NCBI GenBank assembly: GCA_000165425.1
Contig: CT868529.1
Span: forward strand, 372,001 to 434,853
Length of the DNA stretch: 62,853 nt
DNA from: Paramecium tetraurelia
Lineage: Eukaryota
Direction of reading: 5' to 3'
The position numbers and the translations under genes are program-made. The notes beneath the pieces were generated by a model. That model was not told the DNA's origin. It did no database searches and saw only the letters and a program-made list of their open reading frames with translations. Each line of letters starts with the position of its first letter. Within the stretch, counting starts at the first letter, position 1. Positions 39,722 to 54,200 of the stretch are shown here, in pieces.

Positions 39722-41304
39722 TCAATATGGTCGTTGTTTTCTGAGTTCATCGAGCAAAGCACGGCCTTTAGCCTTTTCTAACTCTATTTTTTTATCATAT
39801 TCCTCTTTTTATTTTCGAAGTGCCTCCTTCCTCCTGTTGTTTCTTATCTCTTAATAATTATTATCTTTGTTTCTTCTCATCCATTTAATTTATTAAATTG
39901 TGTTTTGTTTACATTATTTTCTAAACAATTTATACATGTATAATTTACTTCCTATTCTAATCTTTACTTTTCCTCTAATTCCTTTTGATACAGTTCCATT
40001 TAACGATGTAGTTCCATCTTATCCAATTACTTAACATTCTTCTCATCCTCAATTATTTTCTTTTTTATTTCCACATTCTCTGCTCTTTGAGCATAAACTT
40101 CATACATTAATTTGACTCTTGCATCCTTACAATAAGAATAAGTATTACATCTTCCGCCTTCCATTTAGCCTCTTTTGTTTCCCATTGTCTATTGTTCTCC
40201 TCATTAATTAATCTTTCCTTTAATTGATCATTTACACTATATTCATTAGTCCTATTCTTAAAATTAAGTAAAAATTATCTGGTTTCTTCTTTCTACCTTT
40301 ATTTCTCTGCTTATTCCATCTTGCTAATGGCCTCTTCTCTTGCAAGCACTTAAGAAATCATATCTTTGTCCTCAATCTTCTCTTGCTGTTTAATTTGTTT
40401 TTTATATTCCTTTTGTTTTTCATTATTTAATGCAATTTCTGAATTAATTTCCTTCTTATAATGCATATATTGATTTTCCCTTTAATTGTGTCTTTCCTCC
40501 TCTCCTTTCCATTCTTCTTTCTATCCTTGTCCGCAAGTGATTTTGCCAAAAAAAATTTTTCCGATTTGATTTCTTCCTTTGTTTTTTAATGTTTAACTTC
40601 ATTCATTTTTGTTTGTACAGCCAACACCTTATTGCGTTCATCTACTTTTGCCTTTTGTTCCAACACCTTCTCCTTTTCCAACCTCTCCTTTTTAAGTATT
40701 TCCCTTCTATACAATTCTGCATATATCATTTCCTCTATAAAGATAATTCTTCAATTATATACCCTCATATTGATCCTCCAACTGTTTTTATTTATCCATC
40801 ATCTGCATATTTCTATATGCCACTGCTTATAATTCATTAAATTGCTAATTGACCTTTCTGAGTTCATCAGCATTTTCTCTAAATCTACGATCATATGCAG
40901 CATCTGCTTATCTAGCTCTTTCAGCCTCCTTCCTTTGTTTTAATTCAGCAACTTCTTTCATCATTCTTTCCTTGACCTATTCTGGAGTTTCAACCATTGC
41001 TTTTATCTCTTATTGATATTGCTCGTGCTCTGCATTAAGTAAAAACGCTAGTTTTTCTCTCCTTTAATTCTTATTGGCTTCAGCTTCAGAACGAATTTAT
41101 TGAAGTCTAAGATAAACGACTACACAACCTATTCTTTGTATACTACCAATTGGCAATATCTTTTCCTTTATTTTCCCAGGCTGCAAATGTTTTCTCGTAA
41201 TGTTCCTATCGAAGCTTCGTGTTCAATTTGCCCACATACTGTTCCTATTATCGTCTTTAGTATATTAATTGTTCAGAACGGTTACGAGTAGAATTTTATA
41301 TCAT
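39722..41304 (-). CDS. CFAP53/CCDC11-like ciliary coiled-coil protein
   Basis: RREKLAFLLNAEHEQYQQEIKAMVETPEQVKERMMKEVAELKQRKEAERARQADAAYDRRFRENADELR matches the CFAP53 signature. The remainder is coiled-coil. Confidence 0.75.
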
Positions 41305-41321
41305 ATTTAAATTAATAATAA

Positions 41322-41870
41322 TCATTAAGACAAGAATTATTCCCTCTACTTTAGCAACTCATCCAATAATGGTCTAACATATTTAGTCTTGATTCTGCCC
41401 TCACAAGAATAGAATTCATCTAATCTGACATTGTATTTCTGTTCATAATCGAATGCCTAGAATAGCATTTCCAATTTGTCCAATTCTCTAACGACTTCTG
41501 CTTCAATACTTTCGCCATTCTCATACTCTTTGTGTATACTGTATAATTCATTTTTAATGTCTTCATCCAAATCCTAAACCATCATTCGCATGGCATTATC
41601 TTCCTTCTATTTCTTCTCATTTGCTGGCATATTTTCACTTGGAATGATGTCACCGACAATCACTTCTGCTAGATCATGCAATAAAGCAATCTTAATGCAT
41701 TTATCTTTATTTAACTCATTGGTAGGTAAAGATAAAGCGATCATTTAAATCATCCAACTGTGATCAGCAACGGATTCAACTTCCTTAATTGGTGGGAATC
41801 TAGTCCATCCTTTCCTCTTCACAAACTTGAGTTGTTAAGCGATATTAAAGAATTTCACGTATTTTTACAT
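41322..41870 (-). CDS. HD-domain 5'-deoxynucleotidase (HDDC2/YGK1-like)
   Basis: LKFVKRKGW...ESVADHSWMI...KCIKIALLHDLAEVIVGDI...EYE...EAEVVRELDKLEMLFQAFDYE. Intronless. Confidence 0.93.
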
Positions 41871-41913
41871 TTGTTTAATTAAAAATTAAAAAGTATAATT
41901 ACTATTTAAATTA

Positions 41914-42385
41914 ATGAATACAGACTTAGATCAGAAAACTATAGTATAAAAATATGTTATTGATATAGGATTAAATAGTTGACAAGAAGTTGGCTTTGAT
42001 GGAAGCTGAGTACGAGATGTTCAAAAAATATGATAATCCAAATTACAAAGGGGCTGACTATCCTGTTGATCAAATTAATAATTTAAACAATGACAATCAA
42101 TAATAAGAGAACTAAGATGAAAAAGGAAAGGAGGAAAACTTGAATTTAGAGGAGGAAGACGAATTTTAAGAATATCAAGGATATGAAAAAATGGAAGAGA
42201 ACTCCGATAAAGAAGAGGAAGATGAAATAAATTACGATCAAGTAGAACATGTCGATCCTTTTGCCAAACCGTTGGATGTGGATCTGATTAAGAAATGCAT
42301 GGCAGAAATCCAATTGCCCACTCCTGCATGGGCTTAAAGTTTTTAAGGATGGGAATAAAAATTGAGTTAAATGAAATCGCTATGA
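41914..42385 (+). CDS. Male-enhanced antigen 1 (MEA1)-like acidic protein
   Basis: Acidic middle with GYEKM, C-terminal LDVDLIKKCMAEIQLPTPAWAQSFQGWEQKL. One intron at about 41944-41968. Confidence 0.6.
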
Positions 42386-42409
42386 TAAGTTTTTAGAAAA
42401 CAACAAAAA

Positions 42410-44838
42410 TCAGTAACCAATAGTTGCTAATGTCACTAACAATGTAGCACATGTTTCAGCCTTATTTTCATCCAATTCTAGATTATCCAATATAGCCATT
42501 TTTATATGCTGCTTTCCCAAGTCCTCTTGATGGGAACACAGTTTTGCTAATTTATATAATTATTCAAAATGTTATCCTAACTTAGATGTTAGTTTATCCT
42601 TCAAACTTTTTGAACCACTTTGGTATTTTCCTCTAGGTTCTGGTTATGATTTTGAAGTGTTTACTTTTTGTATTTAATCTGAGTTGCTTTGCATCCATGT
42701 ATTAATTTGTGTTTTAGGAGGTAAGGTGTCAGCATTTTCTCTAAAATCTTCACTTGAATCCTCTGAATATATTCTGGAGCCTTCGGAATCATTTTATCCT
42801 TATAAAGGAAGTTCTTCAACTTTTTTAGGTTGTTCAGACTAAGAAATAGAAAATATTGATTATTACAAGCACATTTTTTAGTTCATTTATCATCTCTTTC
42901 ATGTCCTCCTCACTATTTCTTTATTACATTACTTTAGCTTTTTTTTAAAATGGATCTTTATAGATGATTTTATAAATTTTTTTTTTATTTTTCTCTTCAT
43001 CTGTTTTAGAATTCTATGGTTTATTTGGTTTAGTGGGTTTTTTCTAGGTGACATCAAAAACTTAAAACTGAAATTGAGGTTAAAAATCAAATGCTGCAGT
43101 TTCAACAGTTTGCTTATTATTTTAAATTAATTATTGTTCTTCTGGACTTTAAAAGTCGCTGATAGTAGTTTTGTCTAGTAATTTTTATTCTGGAGTCTCT
43201 GATATTTTTTCTAGTTGTTATTATTAACACTCTTCCTATCTCTATTGAGTTGTTGTTATTTCTTCAGATATCTTCCTGTCCCTTTGTTTCTTTATGAATT
43301 ATTCTACTAGTTTTGGTTAGGCATGAACCCTGTAAATAGGTTTTTTAGCCTCATCTTCTGATTTCTATACTAATTTAATTTTTTATATCTAATCTAATTT
43401 AGATAGTCCTTTGATATTTTTGATATGAGGCTTATCAAGAATATTCTAAAAAAACTTAGGACTTCCTTACTCGCTGTTTTTGGTTACTTCCTCTAAAACT
43501 TGATCAGAACCTTGAAAAGAGTCAGGACTTTCCTTTGTTATAAATCGAGAATTCTTATATTTGTGTCCCATTCCTAAATCTGGAGTTGATGGTTATACAC
43601 GTTGACTAGGCAACTAATGCAATTATTGACGGCTTGTTTGTTGCCTTGAAATTGGAGGCCTTTCAGGTTTAGGGAGTTTAATTTCTGGTAATTTCCTGAG
43701 GTCACTATTCTTTCTTTTTTTTTCTTGACCAATAGGGGGACTCTTGATGCCTGGCAATTGTTGTTAGATTTGGTTTCTACTCTTTGGAGTCTACTCAGCT
43801 TGATCTCCTTTCGGATCTTAATCATCTATTAATGGAATTGTAGTATCAGTCAATTGAATCTATTGATTGTGAAGAATGGTATGATCAAATTCACTTCTCT
43901 TAATGGTTTCAGATAGAAAGTTCTTTATTCTATTAGTGATTATCGGCATTTTTAATATCTGATGCACATCTGGTCTTTTTTCAGGATTCACTGTCAGAAG
44001 TTAATTCACAAGGCTACCTTTGTTTAATTATGAGTTTAGATTTACGTTCTTAATTGCGACGAGTAGTTATTTGAAATGGCTTAGTACTGTCCACGGATTA
44101 TTTTCAAAGCCAGTGATGCCAACGAATCTGCATTAAATGGAGGAGTCTTTGCACACATCTAAGTTATAATTCTCTTGAATACTTCGTATAAGATCACTCC
44201 CAATGACCACACATCGCCTTTAAAACTATAAGGCTTGTTTTCTAGCAATTCTGGAGCCAAATAATATGGTGTACCCACCATTGTATGTGCTTTGTCACGA
44301 GTGTTATCTAGCAATCTTGCTATACCAAAATCTCCCAGTCTGATTCTCATATCCTTTGTAAGGAACATGTTTTATGTTTTAATATCTCGGTGAATGATTT
44401 TACGATCATGACAATGCTTTATTGCTAAACACATTTAAGTAAACCAATCCAAAATTCTGGATTCCGGGAAATAGCCATCATGATTTTTTATCAATTGTGC
44501 CAGATCGCCTCCTATTATGAATCAATTAATCATTATTTATACCCTCAGCATAATCCATTACAATACATAATTTTCCTTTTACAGTTTTGTAAACTTCTCT
44601 AAAGTTGATTATGTTGGGATGCTTCAATTAAGCCATGATTCTAAACTCTGAATAGGTTTCCTAAATATTTTTAAATTCTCTTTACTTTTTTTTCCTCCTC
44701 ACTTAAATATCTCATATCTATTTGCTTAATCACACAAAGAGAATGATCTTTCAAAGACTCACATTAGTAAGCCTTTCCAAACGATCCTTGTCCCAACAAT
44801 CGAATTCTCTTGTAAAAGTCTGATTCCTTAGGTCTCAT
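42410..44838 (-). CDS. NIMA-related (NEK) kinase with long Q/P-rich C-terminus
   Basis: [70 protein letters not shown]. Confidence 0.95.
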
Positions 44839-45504
44839 TTAATAAATTAACTTAATATTATTATCAAGAAGTTACACTAAATTATATGTAGCAAACAAAA
44901 ATGTTCATATACAACCAATCACTATATTAAGCGAATTAATTAATTGCTGTAAATAAAATTGTTAATATAATGTATTCATTATTTATTTTGATTGGTTCTT
45001 TGCAATTTATTTATATAAGTTAAAATCTTAGACAATAGAATAACCTTTTGGTTGTGAAGCAGTCAATTAAAAGTGAAGAGTTTTATATTATTTCCTGAAT
45101 AGTTTGAGACTATAAGGAAATCAACAAAAAAATTTTGGAGAAATTGGATAAATTTTTTTAGAAAAAATTAAAAGTTAGACTTTGGATAATCATAATTTCA
45201 AATAATTCATAGGGTACAAAAAGAAACCAAGAAAAAATCAAAAGCATATAAGAGAAGATTGAAAAAACTAAATGAATGGGATAATGAAAAATACAATATG
45301 GATTAAGTAAATCCTTTAACTCATCCTGGATAATATCAACAAAGGTTTGCCATAAATTATTTCGAATGCACAAAGCCTTAAATACAATTAGCTACTTTGA
45401 CAATACTATTATGTAAGGATAACCTTACATCAAAAGAATGATATTCATGCTTCTTATAATATATAGACCATAAATTTAATTATTTTTTAACATATAACAT
45501 TATC

Positions 45505-48213
45505 TCACACACCTCCTTTATTTTAGATAGCTCCATGCAATTCACATAGATAATCCGCATATGATTTTTCAAGTTGCTATTCATCCTCAACTAATTTTTA
45601 TTATACTAAAGAAGCCTATGGAGAACTATCCATATATTTTAATTGAATACTTTTAGCGAACAACTCTTACAGGAACATAAGTTCCACCTCGGGTCTGCTA
45701 TAATGACTCAATGATATTTTAGACCTTGGTACTGTAATCAGTCTCTATTTTTGTAAACAATTCGATCGAGCTTAGTTCTGCAAAAGAATTCACTCCAAAA
45801 AGCTATATAATTAAGAAGATGAAATTACATTCTATAATAATTACTAATCTGCATTCTATCCTACATAAATATATATAAATTAGCTTGTATCTAAAAGGTA
45901 AATACCATCTGGTTTAATTTTATCAATTGTGGTTGCAATATTATGAGGCAAAACTGTCTTTTCGTCATCAGTCAGAGTACCAACATAATATTTATCAGCC
46001 ACAAGTTAATTATTAATATCATGAATTGGGAATAGTTTTGGATAAAAGAAGTTAGTCAGGAAATGCATTGATTGAGTCAACACTAAATGAATTTCAAAGA
46101 TTCTATTGTCTATCCTAACATTTCCATATTTGAGTAAATCGCGTTTTGCCAAAGTTTATAAATATAGAGGTAAGATTTTAATAGCTTCTGGCAAAATCAA
46201 CTACCCCGCAGGACTATTACTTGAACACTAGATTAAATATGAATAATACATATTTTCTATAAGCATGTAAGATATTAACAACTGACTCGAATAGAGTTTG
46301 TCTAATTTGCCTAATTTATTGAACCATAATGTTCGGTAGATTCTTTCTGCTTAATAAAGAGGCTATGCAATCGACATCCCCAGTTTTGAAAATGTTATGC
46401 CATGCATTGTTTCCACTATTCTTATTAACAACTTATAATTGTAAATTAAACACTCTTATTACTCTCTATCCTTATTGATTAGTATACAACAAAGCATATT
46501 AGATGTAAGCTTCAGGATCCAATATCTTTTCCTCTTACTTCAACATAATTGCAATGGATTGATCTGAATTTAGAGTAGACAATTCCAAATCTCTTACAGA
46601 TATCTTTCCACTACCTGTAAAATAATCAAACAATATGATTCCTGGAGAAGTTCTAACAGTCATGATGAGATCATATGCATAAGACCTTGTAAGATTTCTA
46701 TATAAGGCATAATGCAATTCTGTTCCATTAATTTATTAATTATAATGCGGGTAAAAATAAATGCTTCCCCCTGTGATGTTTGACACAGGTGAAACTGTGG
46801 CTAATTCAAAGTTCTCGTCATTTGCTATAAACAGGTCAACTGAGATATGATTTTTAAGACATGATTACCCTAATTTGACATAAGCTTGATCATTAGGTTA
46901 ATAAAACAACTTCTCTTAATCAGTTCCAAATAATTTAGTGTCAGTTGGTTTTTATGGTAGTTTGCCTATTCCATATCTTGGTGCTGAACATCCAAAATAC
47001 AATATACGTCCACTTCTGGGTTACATCAATTAGACTGCATTTGATAACACTGTTCCAACAGAAACAAGTTAATTTGCCTATTGAGTAATAGTTTCCCCAA
47101 ACTTACTGAGTTTCTCTAGCATATAGTCGATTTTATCTCTGTCATTCTCTATGTTTAGGAATAACTTCTCAGGTGGAAGTGGCACATTAGCTTCATCGAT
47201 TTCACTCACAACGATTATTTGAGGTTCCCCAGTTAAGGTTTAGGGAATGTTGTAAAATTAAATCTTTGAATCGAATGTTATAAAGGCAATGTCTGTTTTA
47301 TCTGGATATGGAATTGTATCCAATATGGATTGAAGAGAAGATATCACTTAAGAATACACACCTTTAGCTACTGATATCTGTGTCAACTCTATACAGAGTA
47401 GTATTAAGGTATTCTTTATTTCCTTTTTAATATAACTAGTAGGAGCTATTATTTCATAACAACCTTTATGTAATTCATCTCTTTAAAATTTATCTCCTCT
47501 TTAATTTCCCTAACCCAAAACACAATAATAATCAGGTGGCACTTAATTCTTCATTTTACAAATGTTACACACATAACTATTACCCCCATCGCAAAATTAA
47601 AAGTAAGGACTGACATAGGCTTTACATCTCTAGCAACGCAATGGCTCATTCGTGAATTCAACTTATGGGATTTCTTATTCAAACAGAGATGGCTCCATTA
47701 GAGGTTGAACCACTATACCAAATGGAATCTCTGTTTATTATAGAATGGATGGTTCATTTCCTATTGCATAGACTGAACTTCTCATATATCTTGGTCCACA
47801 ATTTCCCTCATCAAAGGTTTAATAAAATTAATGAACAGATGGAGGATGATACAAAGGTGCAGGAGCTGTGGAGAACCTCTTATAAATATGAACAATTACT
47901 ATTAATAAGTAATAGATTCTTCTGCTTTTATGTATGGTCTAGGAATTTGGTCAACATCAATTTTTGATGGTTTTCTCTATTACTCAGTCTATTATGCAGG
48001 AAAATTTTATTATGGTTGATATTGCTATTATTATGGGTATTATTATTGGCCTGCATATTATTATTATTAAGGATTTTCATGCTATGGTTATTAGTATGCA
48101 TTTGCTTATCTTTGCTGCACTGGAGGTTATTACACAGGTTTTTCAGGTTCTCGATTGATTGGCTATTACTATTGAGTTCTTCTTAGATGAGGTGGCAATC
48201 TTCGTTCTTCCAT
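45505..48213 (-). CDS. SEC24: COPII coat subunit Sec24
   Basis: Q/P-rich N-terminus, Zn finger RCQRCKAYVSPY...CNICK, trunk motifs ITFDSKIQFY and TGGSIYFY, QLILPEAIKILPLYI, and a gelsolin-like end ...SYADYLCELH. Confidence 0.95.
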
Positions 48214-48271
48214 TATTGAACACGTAAAAATTATTAATTAAATTTAATTATTTCATAAGTTATTTATAAGC

Positions 48272-51200
48272 TCATTCCTTGAACTCTTCAGATTTCTACT
48301 TTTACACTTTAGCAGAATTAATGGCTTAATTATTAACAATATATATACATAATGCCTTATTCCCTTTCTTATCAATGTCTTGATGTTATTTTGGATCATA
48401 GGGCCATCTATCGATTAGTTCTAATGGATTTTCCAAATAGCTTCCTTCTCCGAAATTGACTTTCAATCCATAGATTTTACCCTAAAATTGATATATGTCA
48501 ATATGTTACCCAGAATGCAGGATGGCCTATATCATTGACAATGTGTAGATAGAATTAATTAGGAATTATGTGATTTACAAGAAGTACTTTATCTTGAGGT
48601 CCTTCTGGCAACAAAATGTAGGTTCTGGCCTGACCTTTTTCGTATCCAAAGTAAACAAAGGTCCATAGATGCTTTTTGATATCAAATGTATGAGAAACTG
48701 GTTCGAAAGAAGGGTCCTTTATAGTATATGTACTAGCCAATAATTGATCAGTCTTAGTGAAAACAGCAAGAGTACGATCTCCAATGAATTTTTCATCTCC
48801 AGCCGTATCTGGACCATTAGTAGTTAATCTGACTAAGCCTCTAAAATCATTTTCCATCTCAGGCAACAAAACAGCATTTTAATACCAAAATCCGAAAGAG
48901 TATGACTATATCTAAGCCTTATCAGTGAATTCATAATTAAGTTTGTCCTTTTTGGTATCCAAGTCCTCCCAATTGGTTGTGTCCATCATTGTAACTGGCC
49001 ATTTGAAATCTTCAGCTTATTGTGGAGAGACAGGCAATTTACGATGTAATTTATGTATCATCTCAACAACTTTTTGGGAATCATTGATGAAGCTTCCTGA
49101 ACCCAAGAAAATTCTTGGATCGAAAAACCATCCATGGAAGGCTTTGTAACCGAACTCACTTGCTCCCAATACAAAGTGTGCATATCCAGTAAGCACCTAA
49201 TGAGTTACATCTAAGGTTAGATGAACAGCCTTCTATTGTTCCTTAAACAATATCATTCCATAGAACTATTTATTTTTATAGGCTGCATAAACATAAGTCC
49301 ATTCTCCTTCAATACTGTCATATGGCAATTACCCATCAACTGCATTGGCTGGTTTAGATGCATCATAAGTACTGAATTCATAATTACCTTTTGTAAGGAA
49401 TGCTGATAACATTCTATTTCCCAATTCACTTTTATCTTAGTATTATCGTGTGCTTGAGAATCTAAATATAGTATGCACATCTGCTCTATCAACTAAAGTA
49501 GTCGGGAAAGCAGTAAGCCATCTTGTCCAAACCCCTACAGCATATTCATCTACTGATTCTGTTTCTTATGTAAATGTTACTTCCACTTTTTCTGGAGTTT
49601 GAATTACACGATCCTCTTTCTCATACCATAGATATTTTTGATTGATCTAAATGTGTCTAAAGTTAGGTAAGTTGTCTTCGTATCCCTTCTTCAAAACATC
49701 AACAAATGCACCTTATCCATATTGAGCAACCCATTTTTAAAGTTCTCCTTAAAATCTCCTTGAATGTGGATCTTTTCCTACATAAATACCAACAAAATGA
49801 GGCACGAAATGCTAGATTCCTTTAAAGATGACAGGTTTATCCTCAGCAAATAAATGTAACAATGTATGAACCTCATTGACATTTTCATTATAAGCCATAT
49901 AGATGTAAGACCAAGCCTTTTTTGAGACACTCAATTCTACCTTCTCCTCCAAGAATTTAGCCTCATTCCAATCTTTAAGTCCTTTGAGAGTATATGTACT
50001 CAACTTAATTGTATCACTTGTGCATATTTAGGCATGTAATGTTCTATCTCCTTAGATTTTGCGATCCCCTAAATGTTCTTTATCATTTATTAGTTATTCT
50101 AAACAATATTTGACATGGCGAATTAATCTCTCCTTCTTTTTTTACCTAAGTCTCTGCAATCTTAAACCATCCAGAGATGGCATATTCACCCACTCCACTC
50201 CAAGTGTCTCCAGTGCTTTCACTACCTTCATTATTATCACCTTCTCCAATCAACTATTATTAACCATGTTTCTGTTTGTGAATGTATTCTACTGTCAATT
50301 CTTAAGGTAATGCAAAACTAGTGTCTATCGATTTTAAGAGTTCCTCCCCATTATTAATGAAGGATCCAACTCCGAAATGAGCTGCGACTTCTGTCAACAA
50401 ACCCTGGAAAGGAGATATATCTTTTTCTCCTCCCAAAATCAAATGAACATAATCTCCAAGAGGTTTGTGTAGTAATTTCTCATTTGTAGCATGCTTGATC
50501 TCTTCTCCATCAAACACGAAATAATTGGCCTATTACAATTATCTCTTATAACCAACATAGATGTAGTGCCATTTACCTTCCAAATGGGTATAAGGTATTG
50601 TGCTAATTTCATTTGGAGCATCATCATTTAAATCGTAAGTGCCAAACAAGTAATTCTCTAATATAACAAAAGCACTTAAAATTCTGTCTCCCACTGCGAT
50701 TTTACCACTTTCTCTTTCATCATTGTATGTGAGTCTGAAAATTTGCATTTCAGATGGTGTATGCCACTATCTCTCGGGCCAAGCTTATAAGTATCTTGCC
50801 CATAATCCAACAGAGTATTCTTAAACACTCTCTATCTTTCTGTCTGGTTCAGCAAATGTAATTTTTGATCCCCACTTATCAGAGTCACTTGATACCAAAG
50901 TTATCGTATCCTCTGCTTCCCAATCAAATTTACTGTCAGAACTGAATAATTTAGGTGCTGCCAAATACACTTAAAGAGTGTTGAAATTGTCTTCTCTGTA
51001 ACTGCCATCGCCAATATTTAAGATCACTTAAGCAAGTCTACTATCAAAGGGTTTTACTAAAGCATCCTTTGTCAGAAATAGCCAATAGTTTGATGAAACT
51101 GCATGTAATGCTGCTTCTAAACCCTTATGTTCATCCTCATCAGCCAATAAATAATAACTGACTTTCTGATGATTCTTTGAGTATCCAAAATATACAAATG

Positions 51201-54200
51201 TCCATACCTCCAATTATTGGGAGGGAATCTTAGCTTCATATGAATTTGATAACGATAATGGATTCAAACTGTAAGTGCTGAACTCTATGCCATCAGTATG
51301 GAAGAGAGCTAATGTTCTATCTCCGATTTTTTGAGCATCGCCCAGACTGTCAGGATTTGTGGATGTGAATCTATATATCAATTATTATGTCTTGACTGGC
51401 TACTTGAACCATCTGAACCACAATTAGATGCTGTACTCTCTAGCCTCTTCAGTTATGTGAGTGATATGTTGTTCTTCTTCTATTTTAGCTACATCATGCT
51501 TTCCGATCAGAACATCGAATTTCTTTGATGGTGATAAAGTATCTGGAATAGTATCCTTATTTTTAATTCTCTATAATAAACCTTATTTTGTGTCAATATA
51601 AGATCCTGGTCCCAAATTGAAACGAATTGTAGTAATCTATCCATTGAATGATGAGTAATACTTACCTGCATTACCTACTGTCAATTACAAATAATCATTC
51701 AATAATGAATGCATAACATCCATCTAAATTCCTGAAGTGTTTTCTTGATAATGAGTGAATGCCATAGCATGTCCTTATGTCTATGAAATACGTTTAAAAC
51801 TGAAATACACATAAGTCCACTCACTTTCAGAATCAATTTAATATGGAATGTCTCCAGCAACATTATTTGATTTAGTGATAACATCATATGTTCCGAAATG
51901 ATATGAGCTTTTGCCTAATAACACTAAAAGTACCCTATCTCCTGGTGCATCAAAGTCCCTATAGTCTCTGTTACTAGTTAATCTACTTAACCCCATCAAT
52001 GGAGGTTTGCTGTAGATAGTATTTTTATTAGCAAAGTATTAGAATTTGACCCAATATCCATAACCATATTCACTAACACCATGTAAATGTAGTTTATCAC
52101 TTTGTTAAAATTCAATTTATAAGGGAATATCTTTGCTTTGAGATGAGCATTCTAAAATGGTTTCTTCATGGTGAGCTTCTTATCCGGCCTATTATAACTT
52201 GATATGATCTGTTCCACTAATGAATCCAAAATGAACCTTAATGTTTTCATTTTCATCAAATCCTCCTTCTCTAAAGGCACCATCTCCGACATTTATGACC
52301 CATGTCTTTATTTGGCCAATGAATTATGTAAATTATTGTTTCTCTTAAATTAGGACTGAAAAAACTGCTAAATAGAAATGATTAACTTCTTCCTGTCTGA
52401 ATTCACTCTCTGTAAAGGTGTACTTCAAAAAGCCATAAGTTTTTCTTAATTATTGAGAGAATCCATAATAAATATATGTCCATTGATCTGCATACTCTCC
52501 ATATGATTCGTCATGAGAGACTAATTTGTATTCCTCTTTATTTTGATTGTAAGTGATAAAAGTAAATGCTTGATCTCCCCTTGTAATTTGTAATGTTTCC
52601 TCATTTTTGCCATTTAAATCATCTAATCTTTTTTATGCCATAGTAATAAGATGAGCCACTTTTCCAGTCACTTAAGGTCCGCTCCATTTCACCCATCCTG
52701 ATAATGCATATTCTTCTGCACCTTGATATTTTTCGAATTCAAATTGAATTGGTTCTTCTTTAATTTATTGAGGTGCCCCCACTAATTGTAGTGTCTATCT
52801 GGACACTGGATGAATGTAAGCCTTCTCTGGAAGAGTATTTTAGGTAAACAGCTTCAATGTTTCAGCTGTAGGCACAAATGATCCTGGTCCAAATGAAAAA
52901 GTAATTCTTGCCATTTCTCCATTGAACAATGGAGCAGCAGTCTTGCCAACGATGAATTCCACATACTCAAGTAAGAAATCATGATAAATATCGAAGTTTA
53001 CTTCCTCTACCTCTCCATCAACTCCAAATTACACGTATCCTTTAGCCAACCCTTTATCTCCATGTCTCTTGTATCCAAAGTAAACATAATGCCATCTGCC
53101 CTCCAATTAAGTAAACGGAAGCTCATCCTTTAATTTTAAGGTTTAAAACTCATATGAATCTGTTGTGAGAGCAATGGATAAAGTTGTATCTTTAGGAGTT
53201 TAGGCTCTATTAGCATTTGATCTAACAAGTCTTCCATCTATTGATTCAATCACATAACCTTGAGTTCCTAATCTAGCTATGTTGTGAATTGGAGCTCTTT
53301 TACTCAAATATTTTGGCAAAGTGCTCAACCATCTAGTCCACATTCCAAATGCATATTCACTTTATCCATTAATTTTCATCCCTTCATCATTGTGAATTAC
53401 AATCTTATCAACAATATTTTCAACTGAATCATATTCCACATATCTTGCTGAATTTATGTCTCCTCCAGCATAGGTCACTGGCTTACCAACTTAATACACA
53501 GCCATAACTCCATCACCATAATTAAAGGTCATTCCAAAGTCTAATCCCTCTCTGTAAGCTCCTGTTCCCAAATAAATGCCTACATATCCAATCATACCGT
53601 TGAATGGTGATATAACTTCATCTCCTCCAAGTGTTACCATTAAATTATTCACTAATTTATGTTGGATACCTTCAAATTGAATTTCACCTACGTGTCCTGG
53701 TTTAATTAGAGCACCATAGGCTCTTCCACCATCATTGTCATAACCAAAGTACACATAAGTCCATAAAAATTCTGAGCTTTCAACAGTCTTTGATAAATAT
53801 GGTTATCCTTTTGCTCTGTTTCCCTTGATTGTGTAAGTGTTAAAATACACTGTGCTCTTTGCACCTCCTCCGAAAGTATGGTGTAATTCTAATGCTCTAT
53901 CTCCCAATACTCCTTTTCCAGCTGCCTTATGCTTGTTTGATCTTAAATTCACTATTTAAAATGTATTTGGCTCATCTACTTTAAGATCGTCAATCCATCT
54001 AAACCATAATCCAATGGCATATTCCTCGATAACCAATTGTGATTCTTATGGATCAAAATGAAATGATTCACCCTTGTCATTTCCATTGAAGTGTTTTGGC
54101 TTAGTCAATATATTTTCATCTATTACTGCAGGTACATTCTAAGGTGGATTACTCAATGTTTTGAGCACTTCATCTAAAGCATCATCTCCATCAACAAATG

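Noticed and set aside
44901..45441. Possible small + strand gene between NEK and Sec24
   Set aside because: Coding-like, but I could not establish a consistent frame, intron structure or motif.
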